From positions 12,772,001 to 12,836,000 of the forward strand of contig CM060732.1 of the NCBI GenBank assembly GCA_030704615.1: a stretch of 64,000 nt of DNA, read 5' to 3'. This document shows positions 13,601 through 30,245 of the stretch, piece after piece (within the stretch, counting starts at the first letter, position 1; each line of letters starts with the position of its first letter). Source of the stretch: Takakia lepidozioides (taxonomy: Eukaryota > Plantae > Bryophyta). The position numbers were made by a program, and so were the translations under genes. Below the pieces are notes generated by a model, which worked only from the letters and a program-made list of their open reading frames with translations, was not told the origin of the DNA and did not search any database.

Positions 13601-16600
13601 GGACATTCTCAGTGCAATTGATCAAGACATTGTCTAGATGAAACTCCTTCTTTGGCCCCTTAGTCAAAGAAATAAGATGCCAAAGATATCACGACGACAG
13701 AAATCCTAACGTGTACAAAGGTACAACTCACTTGTGCTCCCAGCACTCGAGCCAATCCTAATTCCGTCCTCTTCTCATCCTTTCTCCTCTTTTTCCTAAT
13801 CTGATCTGCACGAAGTAGGCAATGGGATGATTGACCACAAGCTATGGCATGCATGGCATAAGAAGATACAGTTGTTTGTTCTCTTGTCAGAGCAAAATAC
13901 AAAAATGTAAGACCTCATCCGAATTCCTCTGTCAATGTTTCGAGGATATACAGATATACTTGAACTTCTTTGGTTACGCTTCAATTCCTCTGTCAACTCT
14001 ACAAGGATATAGAAATACTGTTGGACTCCTTCCGCTGAACGTCACCAATTCAATGAAGCACAAGAGGCACATCCAAGGGGAGTCAAATCATCGGGAAATC
14101 AAGACCAAGCAGAAAACCCAACGATAATTACAGCAAGCCGCCATGGCCATTCACGGCAAGGACAGAGGTTCAGAGGAGAACCCACCACGGTAATAACATG
14201 GAATGGAACCGCTGCCCGAGTTACGTGATGCCAATTGTCCGAAGTATTGGCACCGGCTAGTTGACCAATTGAGAAACATCCCACAGAGTACTTTGCTACA
14301 ACAGCTTGTGTGTCTCTTTGACCGTAAGAACGTGTGTCTCTCCCATGACGGCTGGGCAGATACTGAAAGTAAACCAAAGGTATCCAATACAAGGTAGAGA
14401 GCAGATTGAGGTGAACCAGAAAGAAATTCACTCCCACCCCATTAGTGACAAGTCCCAAATCAAGCTTCACCTCCCCTTTCCAGCGAAAAATTCGAGAGTA
14501 TCAGAGTTCATTTCCAGAGGTTTCAGAAGAACGTTTTCTATCTTCGGATTCCTGCGAAACTTTGCTTGTGGAGCAGCAGCGGAAATTGCAGCAAAGAGAG
14601 AACCCGCGTAAGCTCCAGTTTTTCATAATTGCAACTCCTTCACAAAGTCACCCGCAATACTTTTGTGAGAGAGAATTGCTGTGCAATTCATGGTGCGAAG
14701 ACACCAACCCACTTCAGGATTACCGTGGCACACAGGAAATTTTCCCATCAACACCCCCAAACTGTCTCACATCCCTCTTTGCAGTTTTACTAAGATTCTA
14801 CGCCAGCGTTTGCTTTCCTCAAACATATCTCGAAAACAGAGTGAAGATGTACGGATTCGCTTGTGCTGATCGATGAAAATCATCGGACTCCGACTTCACT
14901 CCATAACTCAGCCCCGTCGCTGACCCCACCGTTTTTGTCATCATGTGAGCTTAGAGGGCTTTGCGTTGCGTCACTGTTGTCCCATTCATGACTCGGTGGA
15001 AAGATGACATCACCAATATTTACTCGGAATGAAATGGGGCACAGTGGTTTTAAAGATATCCCGAAAACAAGATATGATTGTTGATACTGTATCATGCCGT
15101 GGATAAGAAGCGAACATTACTATAAGAATTGGGTGTTGGGTGCGTCCAAGAATTCCACGCTCGAGGATCCAAGCATCTCCTTACTACTGACTGGCTTTTA
15201 TGTGAGTTGTGCGAATGGACCATTTATGACGAGGCCCTAGAAGCATCGATAACCAATTGTGAGTAGGAAAAAACTCCACTGAAAAACAAGAAAAGACATC
15301 CGCAGGAAGCGGATCCACCTCCTCCCTATACAATGCTGCCAGCTGATCGACTAAAAGTTCGGTTTGACATAAACACAAGAGGTGTGTTGCTACATACATT
15401 AGGAAGCCTCACTTCCCTGACCCCACCAAGTCCATCCGAAAGAACTCCAAGTATATATTCCTGGTTTACCCAGTTGCTTATAATGGAGAATCGTCATCAC
15501 ACTGCTCGTCCTCGTCATCATCAACTTCTCTTCGTTGCCAGCACATGATCTCCACAAGAGGTTTGTACGTGACTGTCATTGCAGACACCTGAGCAACCAT
15601 CGATCGTATCCCACACAACCACTGTCAGCCTTTACTTCGCTCACATCTTCCTCGCACGTTTCGGCACCTCCACACCAGCCATGAACCTTCTTCTTCTTCT
15701 TCTTCGTCCAGTCCGTTGAACAAAGTCCCAACGAACAAAGACGAAGCAACCGAAAAAGAGATGAAGAAGACAAAGAGACAAAGACGAGACACTGGCCAGT
15801 GGCGATGTTTTTTCTCTTTTTTTGTCCTTCTCGGGGGCCCGGGTAGAAAAACAAATATTTACATATACTGACAAAAAACCTTTAACCGCCAGCTCAAAGG
15901 AGCACCAATCGAGCAGAGAGCATTATGCTAATGTTTTATTGTATGTTCAAATTAAAGCCTTCAGTTTTCATTTTTAATCTTTAGGAGATAAGGGGCACAT
16001 GCCTTCAGCTGCTTGCCACATGGCGTTGTCGTGTTTGTCCCCAAGAAACTGCCTACGTGGCACAATATGGCCTCGTACAGCCAGCGCAGCGTAAAGGATG
16101 GTGGGCTCGGAACAAATACCGAGGCATACGTGTGCCGGGATCCAGGCTGCCACGTAATTTATTCCAAAAATATCGGTATTTTCCTGTTCAGAATTGCCAC
16201 CACTGAGCGTCGACGAACTTGTACAGCGTCAGTCAAAGGCGACCCGAATGGCCGGGATAATAATAAAGTTGACCGGCCACCGCCCGTCCCTGGCTCCCTG
16301 CCACCCCGCAAGTGCCGGAGCCGCCCGTGGGCATTATGAGGAGGATGGATAGATAATGAATTGTACATCTAATCGCGGAAGATGGATGGAGGCATTCGTT
16401 TTATCCGAACGAGTCTCATCCCGTGAGGCTTCCGTGAGGGCAGGGGGTGGCGTCCAGCACAGGTCTGTGAGAGCAGCGCCGCACGCAAGGCCGCATCTTT
16501 GCTGCGTTGCGTGCCCGCATGTTTCTTCTTGTCGTCAGATAGACTCAAGCACATTAATGGCTGCTGCCTCCGCCGGAGGAAGAGACAAGAGACAAGGGAC

Positions 16601-19557
16601 CTCGGACTGGCACCAACGGGCCCGGCTCATTGAAAGAGAGACCAGTGCAGCTGGATCTTCAACTTTCCAGAACTAGCAAGCTTTCGTGGATTGGAGATTG
16701 ATCAATGTAGTGCATGGAGGCGAGCTCTCTCAGCTAGTTAGAAAGGTTGTGATGCATTCCGTGTGACTTTCACGGAGCATGTATCAGTGTGTTGGTGGAT
16801 GTCTGTTCCTGAACTCGTCGGTTCATGAGGCGCCATATATGCGGAGTTGAAATCAGTAGCAGATCCCGCAGGTCGGAAGATGAGGATACACTGAGCACTC
16901 ATGTCAACCTTCTTTCGGGGGAAAGTTTGAGAGATCAGGAAGCACGATTTCTTAGTTTTGGGTCCTTCCCGTTTGCGCGCAACTGGTGAAGTTCTTCTCT
17001 GGATGTACAGCCTCGGCCGCCCTTTCTCTGCTTTCAGCGTATGGAACCATATATCCTAAGGCACCTCATTTTACTTTCTGTGGGACTCATTGAGCAAGGA
17101 CTGCCAAATGTTGTCCTTGCTTGCACAAACGATTTTAGTCTTATTTCGCCTATCGTAGGTTACCTCACTGATCTCGAGCACCTGGATCACCTTGACGGAA
17201 ACTATGGAAATAGTGGGGAATCTGCATGCATCTTCTATCAAAATCCTGGAGCACCAGGAGATGATTTGAGCTAGCTGCTAGTTTACTTCTGACCATTTAA
17301 AGAGCTAGATTTCTCCAGCCCTTTAAATGGTCTGAAGTATACTCCCTCGAGTCATCAAGGTTGTCTCCAGTTGCTCTAGCATTGTTTCCTTTCTTAGGTC
17401 TTTTCTTTCATCTTTTTCATCTCTAATATTCCTAGCCAGTAGTACACTTCTATCATGTCGTGGCAAATCCATTTGCTTATCACGGGAAGAGATGTGCAGA
17501 ATTTTTGGATCTTTGTCTAGTCTTGATAGCAAGGTTTCGTTGAGTCTAAGTAGATGGACTGCTTTACAAATGATTGGACACTATCCAAGGTTTGCCAATG
17601 ACATAGAGTCTCCATCATTCCATAACAGCTTTGGGATGTTGTGTAAGGAAAGATTCTCTCGGGATAGGATTACCCTGAAGTACTGAAGAAGTCCCTTCCA
17701 AGGGTCACTTGTGGAGGAAGAAGCCAAGGGAAGAACTAGGAACCTTCATAATACTTAAACTTGTGTGGATTTATCATGGCCGATCCCTTACATTCTGCTT
17801 ATTATGCCGAAGAGGGCAATGTGACTGTCGCTTTCCCTCGTAGTGGAGGAGTTAATATGAGCTACCTGTTCACGTGCAGGGTGAATGGTCAAGTCTTATG
17901 GCCAGACTTTGACTAGCTCTGAGATCTTTGTTTGTGTAAGTAGTCAGATATCGAATATTGTCCTTCCTAACAAAGGAACTGAAAAGATTTTGAAGAAGGT
18001 AGCTCGGCAAAGAAAATATATTGCTCGAAAGTGTATTTTGACCAAATCTTGCTGAGAGAATATGAGATTATCACGACTATAAACACGTTGCGAGCTCTAG
18101 TACACTAAAGAAAGCGACTCTCACTGTCATCTTCCAAGTGACTGAGCTCCCAATCCCGGTGACACTCGTTACTCCTAAGAATTTGATCACCTCCTAGTAA
18201 TCAGGAGTCCTGGCAAACCAAAAGTTAGTATGAAAAGATCGTATGACACAAGTTTAATGAATTCGCCCAATGGAGCGGATCTCCGTACAAATGAGCGAGC
18301 ATATATGAGCTCAGTGCGAGATAAAGGATGGAATCACAATGTTTGACAGATATGATATTCGGCGTAGCTACTGATCAACTCCCAGATCGCCATGACAACT
18401 TTGAGTAACTGGAAAGAACTTGTTGAAATCTCCAGCAGATCTTAGAAGAAAAGATATGAGGAATTGTGGCGCAGACAAAAGGTGCCATCATGGTGGCCTT
18501 CACGTCGATGGCGCAAAACAGATGTTGATCTTCATCGAGGAATTTTGAGGAACTGACTTTGAGACGAATCTAGGCAGTTGACCCGGACAGCCCAACTTGC
18601 TAAGTACGTCCGTTGTGGAGGCGTACCTGCAGCACGATTGCTTACATTTGACAGATCATTTTAGACTTTGAGAATTCGCAGACTGGAATTGTCGCCATAA
18701 TAGTCAGAGCCGTGCACTGCGGACTCAGGCCCAAATGGATAGTGAGCACTAAGTACCCAATTTAGGTATCTCTGCATGTTCGATCACGTTAAGAGTCCTT
18801 CCTTCTCTCATTCTCAAGACGGGTTCACTGTACATAGATCATTACTACTCACATGTAACTTGCATTTAATAAGAGAGGGTTCAAAGCACCGACGTAGGAT
18901 GCATAGGAGTATTTTAGATTTTCTGTTATTCTTTGTATGTCGTGCGCATTTCGGCCGGTCTGGGTGGGACTCGAAGGCTGCTCATGAAGTGCTACATCTG
19001 CGAAGAGCTGCACGTCTCCCCAACTTGCCTCACGTTGTGCCTCCTCTGAGCCTTTTCTTTTTCATGTAATTCATTCCTCCTTTTATCTACCTCCACAACG
19101 TCGCTCAACTCTACACTCTCTTCTCTTCGATATTAGCTCCAAACTGTGTCAACATCATTCGACAGAACTTGGAACTTGGGAGCTTTCCACGGACGTTGCA
19201 AATTACCATTTCATTTCTCTCTTTCTCTCTCTTCCAGATTGTCCCATAAGCTCTATGAGCTTTCCGCGGACGGTATAAAGTACCATTTCATTTCATTTCT
19301 CTCAGAGGCCTTCCTCTTGCATGGACGATCATAAATATCACTGGCTGTCGGTGCCACGAGTACCCATCTAGGTCTGTTTACAATTTCTGTTTGGAAAATC
19401 TCGCTCTAGTACCATGTTATATCTGCAGCGTACATACAAATTTGGGCAGGCCCGGATATCATGCCATTAGATACATCTCAGGGAAACTAACTTCAGGACA
19501 TGCATGCATGTTGAAATTAAGCTAGAATTGTGCACAAATCTGAGGACCACAGCAACC

Positions 19558-22024
<2,467 letters not shown>

Positions 22025-22619
22025 GGCTCATGAAAGAGTAACTTAGATTAAAGTTCTCCTTGTAAACATTTTGCTTCTACATGACTGGCCTAGGAATCCC
22101 GGAAAGGAATAAGACTTTGTGATGATCGTGCGGCATACTAAGTCTCGCACTCCCTGGTTCTGTTATGTCCACAAAATAAATTCTTGTGGGAAACTCACAA
22201 GCGACATCTTCATCTTTGAGCACTTCCACATAGTTATAGAGAGGAATACCAATCTCACAGAGGAAGATCAATATCTCAGGAAAGAGAAAAAAACGCACGA
22301 CGCCCTGCAAGCAATACTAGTTTAGCCGTAGCTAAGAATCTTTAGATGGGTTCTCTAGGTATACTGCCACACTTGTACGGGCAATTTCGCGTTGTTTTAA
22401 GTTAGGAACTGAGACTAAGGATTAAAGCTCCTTAAAGCCCCTAAATTTTTCTGCTATAAATTCGGTTTCTGAATCCCGGAAAGGAACAGATTTTGTGTAA
22501 CATGTATCTGCTGACTGATCCAACACTTTATAGCTGTCAGGTTCACCAACATTTGAAGCAACATCCTCATTTCTTTTGTTTTTGCGAAAGGAAGAGATTT
22601 ACTCAATAGAACCCTCCGA

Positions 22620-23905
22620 GGAAGAAAACAAGTATGCCACTTTAACCTACCAAGCCCCAAATCCCAATTGCAAAAGAGATTGTGGGAGGCCCAATGGACA
22701 ATGAACTCTTGTTCCAAGGTAGCTTGAGCCTCGAAACTCCTGCTGGCAGCATGGCTCACCGAATGAGACCACTGTGCCTGACCAAATCGTGTTCATCCAA
22801 GCTTTGTGCAAAACTTGAAGAGAATAACTACCGTCACCAATGACTTTCTCACATCTAGCACCAAAGAAGATTGGATCTAAGATTGTCTCCCTGGTGGGGA
22901 TCTCTCCTGCCCTCCCCACATCCCCACATCCCAATGCTCAATCAAGGCGTGAGGAGCAATACCCCCAAGAAGGGCTGATTGCCATTGATCGTACGACAGG
23001 AAGGGGAACCCAACTGTTGTGCAAGTTTGACTAAAGCCAAAGGCATTGCCTCGCAGTTTCAGCAATCTCTAGACGACAAACACGACATTAAAGAGAAGAG
23101 TGCCCCATCCTCTCACTCCACTTCCCTGTGGGAAACCACCATTCATAGTAAGCCAAAGGAAAGTGGAAACCTTGGGGGCTCTACTGGGGTCCAAACTCTG
23201 CACCAAATCAGAAACCTCTCTTGTTGGTTGAAACCCTGGTTTATCAGAACCTCTGAAGCCCTTGCCTGACTTTCTTGAGCCTTCAAACCAATGTTATAGC
23301 CCAGCCGTGCTTTATAGCCAAAAGACCCATATGCTGGAACTCCATAAAAACCTTTCCACCGCCACTCCCCTGGATCCCACTTGCGGATAAGACCTTGATG
23401 GAATAACCACACTGAGAAGGCGCGATTTTTGCATTTGTCCAGAGAAACCTCTTCTCCTGAGTATGCCACCCTAAAATTCGAACCCATTCTGCAAGTTGCT
23501 GAAGTGGGAGACGTTCCAGCCCAGTAGAAACTCTTCGCAAGAGTTGGGAATGAGGTGGATGGGTTTCCAGGATAAGTTAGCACATCCTCATTTTCATTCA
23601 TACGTAGCTGTAAGCCTTAGACTTCTCATCAGAAGAATGGCAGATATGAAGAAACCCGAGTCCCCCTGCAGGGTTGACCATTACCACTATTGCGATCTCT
23701 TTCGTTTGCGGATCATTGCCACCTATGGTTGCCAAATCTCTCCGTTACACACTTCCTTTCAACTCCAGGCTTAACTGCAAACATTAGGCTGGCCAGGAGG
23801 GAATCATCCCTGGGCAACAATATTTTCTCCCACTCCCCTCATCTGCAGCAAAAAGGCCCCCAATCTTTTAGGAAAAAAAGTAAAATTCCAGCTCTAGACC
23901 TCTGA
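22620..23905 (-). mobile_element. Degenerate L1-like LINE fragment (post-RT region with zf-RVT-like motif)
   Basis: Frameshifted minus-strand reading gives IWCRVW...FLWLTMNGGFP...CRVCRLEIAETARQCLW, in a Trp-rich context typical of plant L1 ORF2 C-termini. Boundaries approximate. Confidence 0.6.
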
Positions 23906-24047
23906 TCGATCACAACAAGATGTGGCCTGAGTACACAGATTACACTGTCGGGTCCTAACAAAATTACTATTTTTCGTCGTCGGTGAAAGGTTTTCGGTGT
24001 TTGGGACACAAGGATAGTTAGTGCGCTCGAGTAGGACTCTCTATAAC

Positions 24048-24281
24048 GCCAAGCATTAGATGGGGCCCTGGAGTTGAATACGAGGGAGCCGGTTCAGCCA
24101 GCGTGGACCCCCCGCCACCCCATGCCCACCCCGCCTCCGTCGCCCGCACACCGCGCGGCCGCTGCCGCGCGGCACGCCTCCCCGCGCCTCATGTGCCCGC
24201 TGCGGGGACATGAGACGTGTCCTCACCCGCATCCCCATCCCGCCTCCCATCCTGGGCATGCCATCGTCGTCCATCCCCCAT
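24048..24281 (+). repeat. Left TIR of the MULE (GC-rich)
   Basis: Reverse complement of 37815-38043 with a few substitutions and small indels. Confidence 0.95.
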
Positions 24282-25366
24282 GCATGCCTTCACACTCCCC
24301 ATGCATGCCATTGCATCCATATGACCCCATGCATCTAAAATGACTAGGGTAGGTGGAGAATACACGTACCAGCTTTCGCTTCCGTTTCTATTGTTGGCGT
24401 ACCGCGTCCCGTCATGCGTCAATTGGGTGGACAACATTGGGCAATCGTTACGATGCAGGATGTATTCGCCGTGTTCGAAGGTTGCAACGCTTGTGCAACA
24501 AACGTATCTTGCATGCAGGTCTTTGTTATCGCTACAGAACGATCAAACAGTATCTTTGGATTTTCATTGTTCTCTTCGTCCAGTTTGTACCTTGCGGGTG
24601 AGTGATTTCTGCAATGAACATCCAAAACCCTCATATCTCTGCCATGTTCATTTCTTTGTTGGTTCTTTCACAGATGCATGCATAGATTCACCCGTTGGAT
24701 CGTAAATGAAACATGGTTTTGTTCGGTCGACAATTAGGGATACTAAAAACGACGGAACGGGGCATGGGTTTAGGGAAACTACTGCGTATGAACAACAACT
24801 CTCTTGCCCTAAATGCACCATACCCATACTCAGCAATCGTTTTATCAATACACTAGTTAGCAAAGTGGACAAGTGGGCATGTTTGCTAGTCCTCAAACCA
24901 CTTCATGCAAGCATTCATATGGAGGTGAGGTGAACACATTGTTTCATATGGAGCTGAGGTGAGGAGTTCGTTCCTTTGCTGATTCTTTGCTGATCGTGGG
25001 AAGCCTGGTAAGGCATAAACCTACCTATTTTGCAATTTGTGATGTTGTATTCCGAAAGAATTCAAGGTGACGGCATCACTTTCCATAATTCACTATCTCC
25101 CTCTACGGACGCGCACATACCAGCTATCGCATTCTTTGCTTCTTTCCGCACTTTGCTGTATTTTCACTCTCCATCTCCATATATGGCTGTCATATGAGCT
25201 GCAGTCCATTCGTGGTGTTTTGGTGTTTAGGGTTTACTATTAGCGACATGCATATCATTGTCTAAGGTATATTGGCTGGGTTCATGGGCCATGGATGCAA
25301 TTGGTCTTTGCATGTTTTATACCTTGCTTAGGATTTCCAGTGGCATTGGCTGTGTAGGTTTGCACG

Positions 25367-28300
25367 ATGCTGCAAGTGTTGGCAAACGCAGCAATCACGA
25401 TCAAGGAGAGCAAAATGATAGAGAACCGAAGGGAATACCGCGAGACATATGAAACTGATGAATACGAGGATCTCATATGCGAGGCCTACTCCAAGGCGAG
25501 GGTGCATGAACCTAGTGCGTCTAACAGACGACAATACAGATGCATATACTGTCATCTGCTTTTTGGGGATAAAAAAAACTGAACTTGCACAGGATAGATG
25601 GTTGTAGGAAGCATGGGCAAGATGAGGGTGCCCTTAAAATGTATCCTGTTTTTTAACCCTGCCAAAGGGGTATCATGGAGAATGTGCTCAGGCGCCACAA
25701 CTTGATGCCGCCTCGCAAAACCACACAGAAGAAAAAGCCTGCATCCTCTAGTGAACCAGTGTCCCAAGAAATGGGTGATTATCCGAGAAAATCATCAAGG
25801 AAGAACAGGGGTCAAGTTCGGCTGGTCTTGACAGATTCTGAGGAGGACTGCAGCGTTCATACAGAAGCAACAGCAGTTGAACTTATTGACTCCTACATGG
25901 AGGCATTCGATGATGGGCCGAAACGCAGGAGGGTTCAGCTCCCTACTAAGGGCCCTTCCTCCCATCGTCCAGGGCATGACAAAGCCTTCACTTCAGGTAC
26001 TCTTCCTCCTGACAACTCCAAGAAAGGGTGTTTGAGGGCAGGGAAGGTGCATGCATCGCTCTCTACAGCAGGCAACAAAGGGAGCTCCGTCAAAGTTCAT
26101 CCTGATCCTCCACTTCCTCGCTCCAGGGAGGAGGCAATTTCTTACTTTACCAACAAGTCCAAAAATTTGTGTGGATCCATTGAAGTGCCCAAAAAACCAC
26201 CACATGTGAGATGCCCTGGACTTTTCACCCTACTACAGCACCGATTGCTTCCTCAAGACTTTCCAAGCATAGAAGATGCTCACTTTCAACAGTCCCTCAG
26301 GCAGCTTGTTGATGCGGAGGACTTTGCTGCACTTCTCTTGGGCGCAGCCTACGGCCGGTGGTGGCTGAATAGACAGGTGAGCAAAATACCACATCTATTC
26401 ATGCACATTTTGATTTTGCAGGTGCATTTTGAAGAGACATGCTCATGACGATGGTTTTGCAACCCGAGTGCATCACTGAAAAGGTTTATTGTATGAATGT
26501 TCTTGACCTGAACGTGCAAATTGGCATGTGAACCAGCATGAAGCACCACAGGAGGAGAAGGATGTTGTCTTGAAGACCATGGCGCTGTGGGCAAAGAAGC
26601 ATGGCGTTCCTTGTGATTATGCAGCTGTCTACAATGAGTGCACAGCCATTACAGAGTACCATAAGTACATGACTGCCGTTTCAGCCTGCGAAACGAAAGA
26701 AATAGCAAGACAGGCAGAGTTGCAGGTCATCAGAAACAAGTACGTCGAAGACCAGTTGGCTGTGTGGGATACCAATTTCCATCGTGAACAGGAGAAGCGT
26801 AAGTGGGGTTGGTCCCATGTTTATAGCATTGTTCATGCTGGTAATGTGCCTGCTTCCCTTCATACTTTCATGAAACACTCGCAGGACGAATCTAGCCTCC
26901 TACGGGGTGTGTTTGCAAGGTACCGCAAGGCAGGGCCACCTATGAACTGCCCGATAATTTTGCAGGTGTTGCGGACTATCTGGATGTCATATCCCAGTAG
27001 TACTGAGGCGGTCTCATCTCCTGCAAACCCATTGTTGCATGACGTGCTGGTTCAACTTGTTGGAACCGAAGAGGGCAATGCCATGCTCAGACATGCTGCA
27101 ACCAATTTCCGCATTGTTGGCCGCTTTTTCTTTGCATACCTGCCACAGAATCTCGTGCATGAGACGAGCAGAAGCGTGGAGGATTTATTACATGCCAATG
27201 CGAGTTATAGAGATGGTATGAAGAAGGAGATGACTGACTTCATTGAAATGACTCGTTTTCGTGCTTTGGGGGATCTGGCCATGTGGAAGCCAAAGGTTTT
27301 TGACACATTGTGGTGTACTAATACAAGCAGCCATTCTGAGAGACACGAAGCAATTCAAGTCTTCCAGGATATCCTCAAGCATCGTGAAGACATTGACATG
27401 GGCTGGATTTCGCTCACAGAAGGTGATAATGTTTCCATGCTTTTCCTTGAATGCACTTGCCTTCCATATGTCTGCATTGTTTGTGGTGCCCTTAAACTCA
27501 TGCTATGGTTCTTTCACATTGTAGGTGATATCGACCATGCAGCATTGCAGGACGCCTACGTGGAAGCATTTCTCCAGGTGCAACTGTTGGGGGATAGCAG
27601 ACGCAACCTGGATAATCAGCGACTGGCAGGTGATGATATTCATGAAGATCATGCGACAACACCCCCTCCTGCTTTGCCTTCTCATCAAGTACATTGGGAT
27701 GTCCTGCAACGAGCTCATAAACAGTCCCTTCCAGTCACACCTACTTCACCTATGTTCGGGTCACCCACAGAGCTGTTGCAAGATGGTGAGCCTACACCTG
27801 GAGTGGAAGGGAAGGTTGTTGTGCAACACATTGGGACTCATGGGGAGGAGCCCAACCATGGAGATGACGGTCCTCTTCATATTCAGGAGTCCTGCGCCAC
27901 AGACCTTGCTCTACTGGGCATTCATGCCACTGAACCAGGTGCATTTACGCAAATGGAAATGGTTCTGCATTCAAGCCTGGCATTAGTTGAAAGCCCCGCC
28001 CCCTTGGGCGTGAGATCCCCTCATTCTGACACACGTTCTGCTATGCATGCAGCAACAGGAGTGAGGTCCTCAAAACCCCCTGTGCATTATGTCAACCCTC
28101 AATTTGGTTTTGCTGCAAAGAACGGCCTCCTTGGTCCGTCCCCCAAGGCTCTCCTTTGACCACATTTGAGTACTGCCCGAGGAAGTCAATTGGGCAGTAA
28201 GGGAGCATCAAGCAGCGCACCAAACGCTTCAACGATGACATGCATGTTGGCGACTTCTTGCTTCCCTCCCCACCTCATAGCATCGAAGATACAAATGAGA

Positions 28301-29705
28301 ATCGTGTCAAAGATGGGAAATCAGTCACACCTGAAAAGAACAATGTCTCCCAGCCACCCCTTCGTCGCTCGTCCCCGTCAGTACTGAATGCCCTCTTTCT
28401 GCACCTGTCAATTTGGAATTTCCTCTCCCAATGCCCCAGCCCCTTCGGCATCATCTTGCTGACATGAACGTCTGGTATGTGATTGAAGGGTCCATGAAAG
28501 GCTCAATGAAGCTTTGTGAGTCAACAAATTGTGCTCTTTTCCTTTCTTTACAATGGTACTGTTTTGCATTCCGCACTATCATTACCTCATGCACCCTCAT
28601 TGTTGAAATCTCCCTTCTTTGACATGTATCGTTATGTTGGATGTCTTCAGGATAACATGTGGTGCACAAGTCAAAAACTCCTCAGATGTGTGGTTTTTCC
28701 GCACAACCATAGGCCCTCACATCAATCTTAGACTAGATGACGCAGATCTGTTGCTTAACCCTAGGGGGTGGACAAGTGACAGACTCATGGATTTCTATTT
28801 GCGGGGGAAAATACTGTCCGTTCCCGTCCATGTCAGAAACAAAATACAGATTCTTGACAGTTTCACGTGGATATGCCTTCGTGACCACTACGACGAATTT
28901 GGTGGGGGCGCTCGTTCTATTCTGCAGTGGATGCACCAACGTTTCCCCTACCTTCACTGTGATGGGGTGGACGCAATGATTATTCATGTTATATATGCGT
29001 ACGTACTCTGCTGCATGCTACCCTATATTACATATTGTTGTTGTAATGTACTATTGTTCTCACAACATGTTCTTACGCCTCCGTTTGCACTTGTCATGTG
29101 CAGTCAGCATTGGAGTGTCGTCATTCTGGAGTGCAATGGGTATCTTCATTTAAATAGTGTGAGAAGGTCACATACTCACAGGATGCTCAAGCCGTTGTTA
29201 TGACGTTTCTGGGCACTTTGCAGAGGATTACAACCACCAAGCCTGCAATGGAAGAATGCAACAACCCCCCGTCTCTGGTTGTATCCCCGTGTCCCCCAAC
29301 AAAAGCCTAATTGGGAGTGTGGTTGTTTCACGGCACATTTCATAGATGTTTACTTGACTCAAACATTTGTACATCCACAGACTGGAGGTGCAGGCCCGGT
29401 ACGTTTCTAATTGTTCATCTCCATATAATTTGCTGCCTTTCATAGTATGTGTTTCAATTATTGACATTGTGTTCGTTGTCCCTTCTCTGATCCTAATCCA
29501 CCATGCAAAGTTTTTGCAGCTCAACAAGCATTGGTTTCCGTTGCATGAGGCTGTCAACAAAAAGAAGGAAATTGGGGATGTTGTATTGCTGGAATTGCAG
29601 ACAAGAAGCCATGGCGAACCATACTGTCTTGGGGACGATGAGGATGTCCCCGATGTTTTCCATGGCTACGCCAAAAGACCTGCATGCTCATTCATGCACC
29701 ATTGA
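25367..29705 (+). pseudogene. MULE cargo gene A: N-terminal C2HC/C2H2-type zinc finger, unknown middle domain and C-terminal Ulp1-like (C48) SUMO protease; spliced and disrupted
   Basis: CIYC...LNLHRIDGC is restored by a +1 in the A-run at ~25571. Ulp1 motifs: GWTSDRLMDFYL, ILDSF, HWSVVI (His ~29108), HLNS, VPQQKPNWECG (Cys ~29318). In-frame TGA at 29201. Several GT-AG introns; exact exon model uncertain. Confidence 0.75.
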
Positions 29706-30245
29706 ATGATGGAGGGTTCTTTTAGGAAGTTCTTTATGACATTTGAAAACGTTCTGGAATTGTGTGATGTATGATGACATTTTTAACTCTACAATGACAT
29801 TTCTTTCTCTACAATGACTTCACTGTGAACAACCCATGGGGAATGTGTCCTCGTGGAATGGTTTTGAGAGCAAGGCCCTGTGTCCAGGCTTTACATTTGT
29901 GCATGCCATAGCGAGGTAGCAAATCTGCATGGTCGCCGGGTTTGCATGCATATGCGTTGGAATCCAAGGGTGTGATTCCCTTTATGTTTCCTTGTGGGCC
30001 ATAGGACCAGAGATCGCGTGGCCATGATCTCAGCATTCCGGTGTTTCTCGTGAGCACAATACGCATGCTCCACTGATGATTAAGGGCAATCACGATGCAT
30101 GATTCACAATGCAATCTGGACCCCTGTCAATATTATCTTGACGAAAACCATTCACATATCAAAATGAGAGCAAGGCAGTAAGTCTCCAAGGTGGGTAGGC
30201 TTGCATGTGGGTTGCTTGCATGTATAGTAAAGTTTGCAATAAAGT

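Noticed and set aside
13660-15900. Possible long spliced 5' UTR and TSS of the LRR gene near 15.8 kb, and ORFs in this interval
   Set aside because: A pyrimidine-rich minus-strand patch and donor-like sites are suggestive, but nothing can be fixed without transcripts.
17200-17800. Possible old LINE fragment on the minus strand
   Set aside because: Too degenerate; no diagnostic motif.
24056-24437. ORFs in the TIRs (mirrored at 37746-38051)
   Set aside because: Artefacts of GC-rich inverted repeats.
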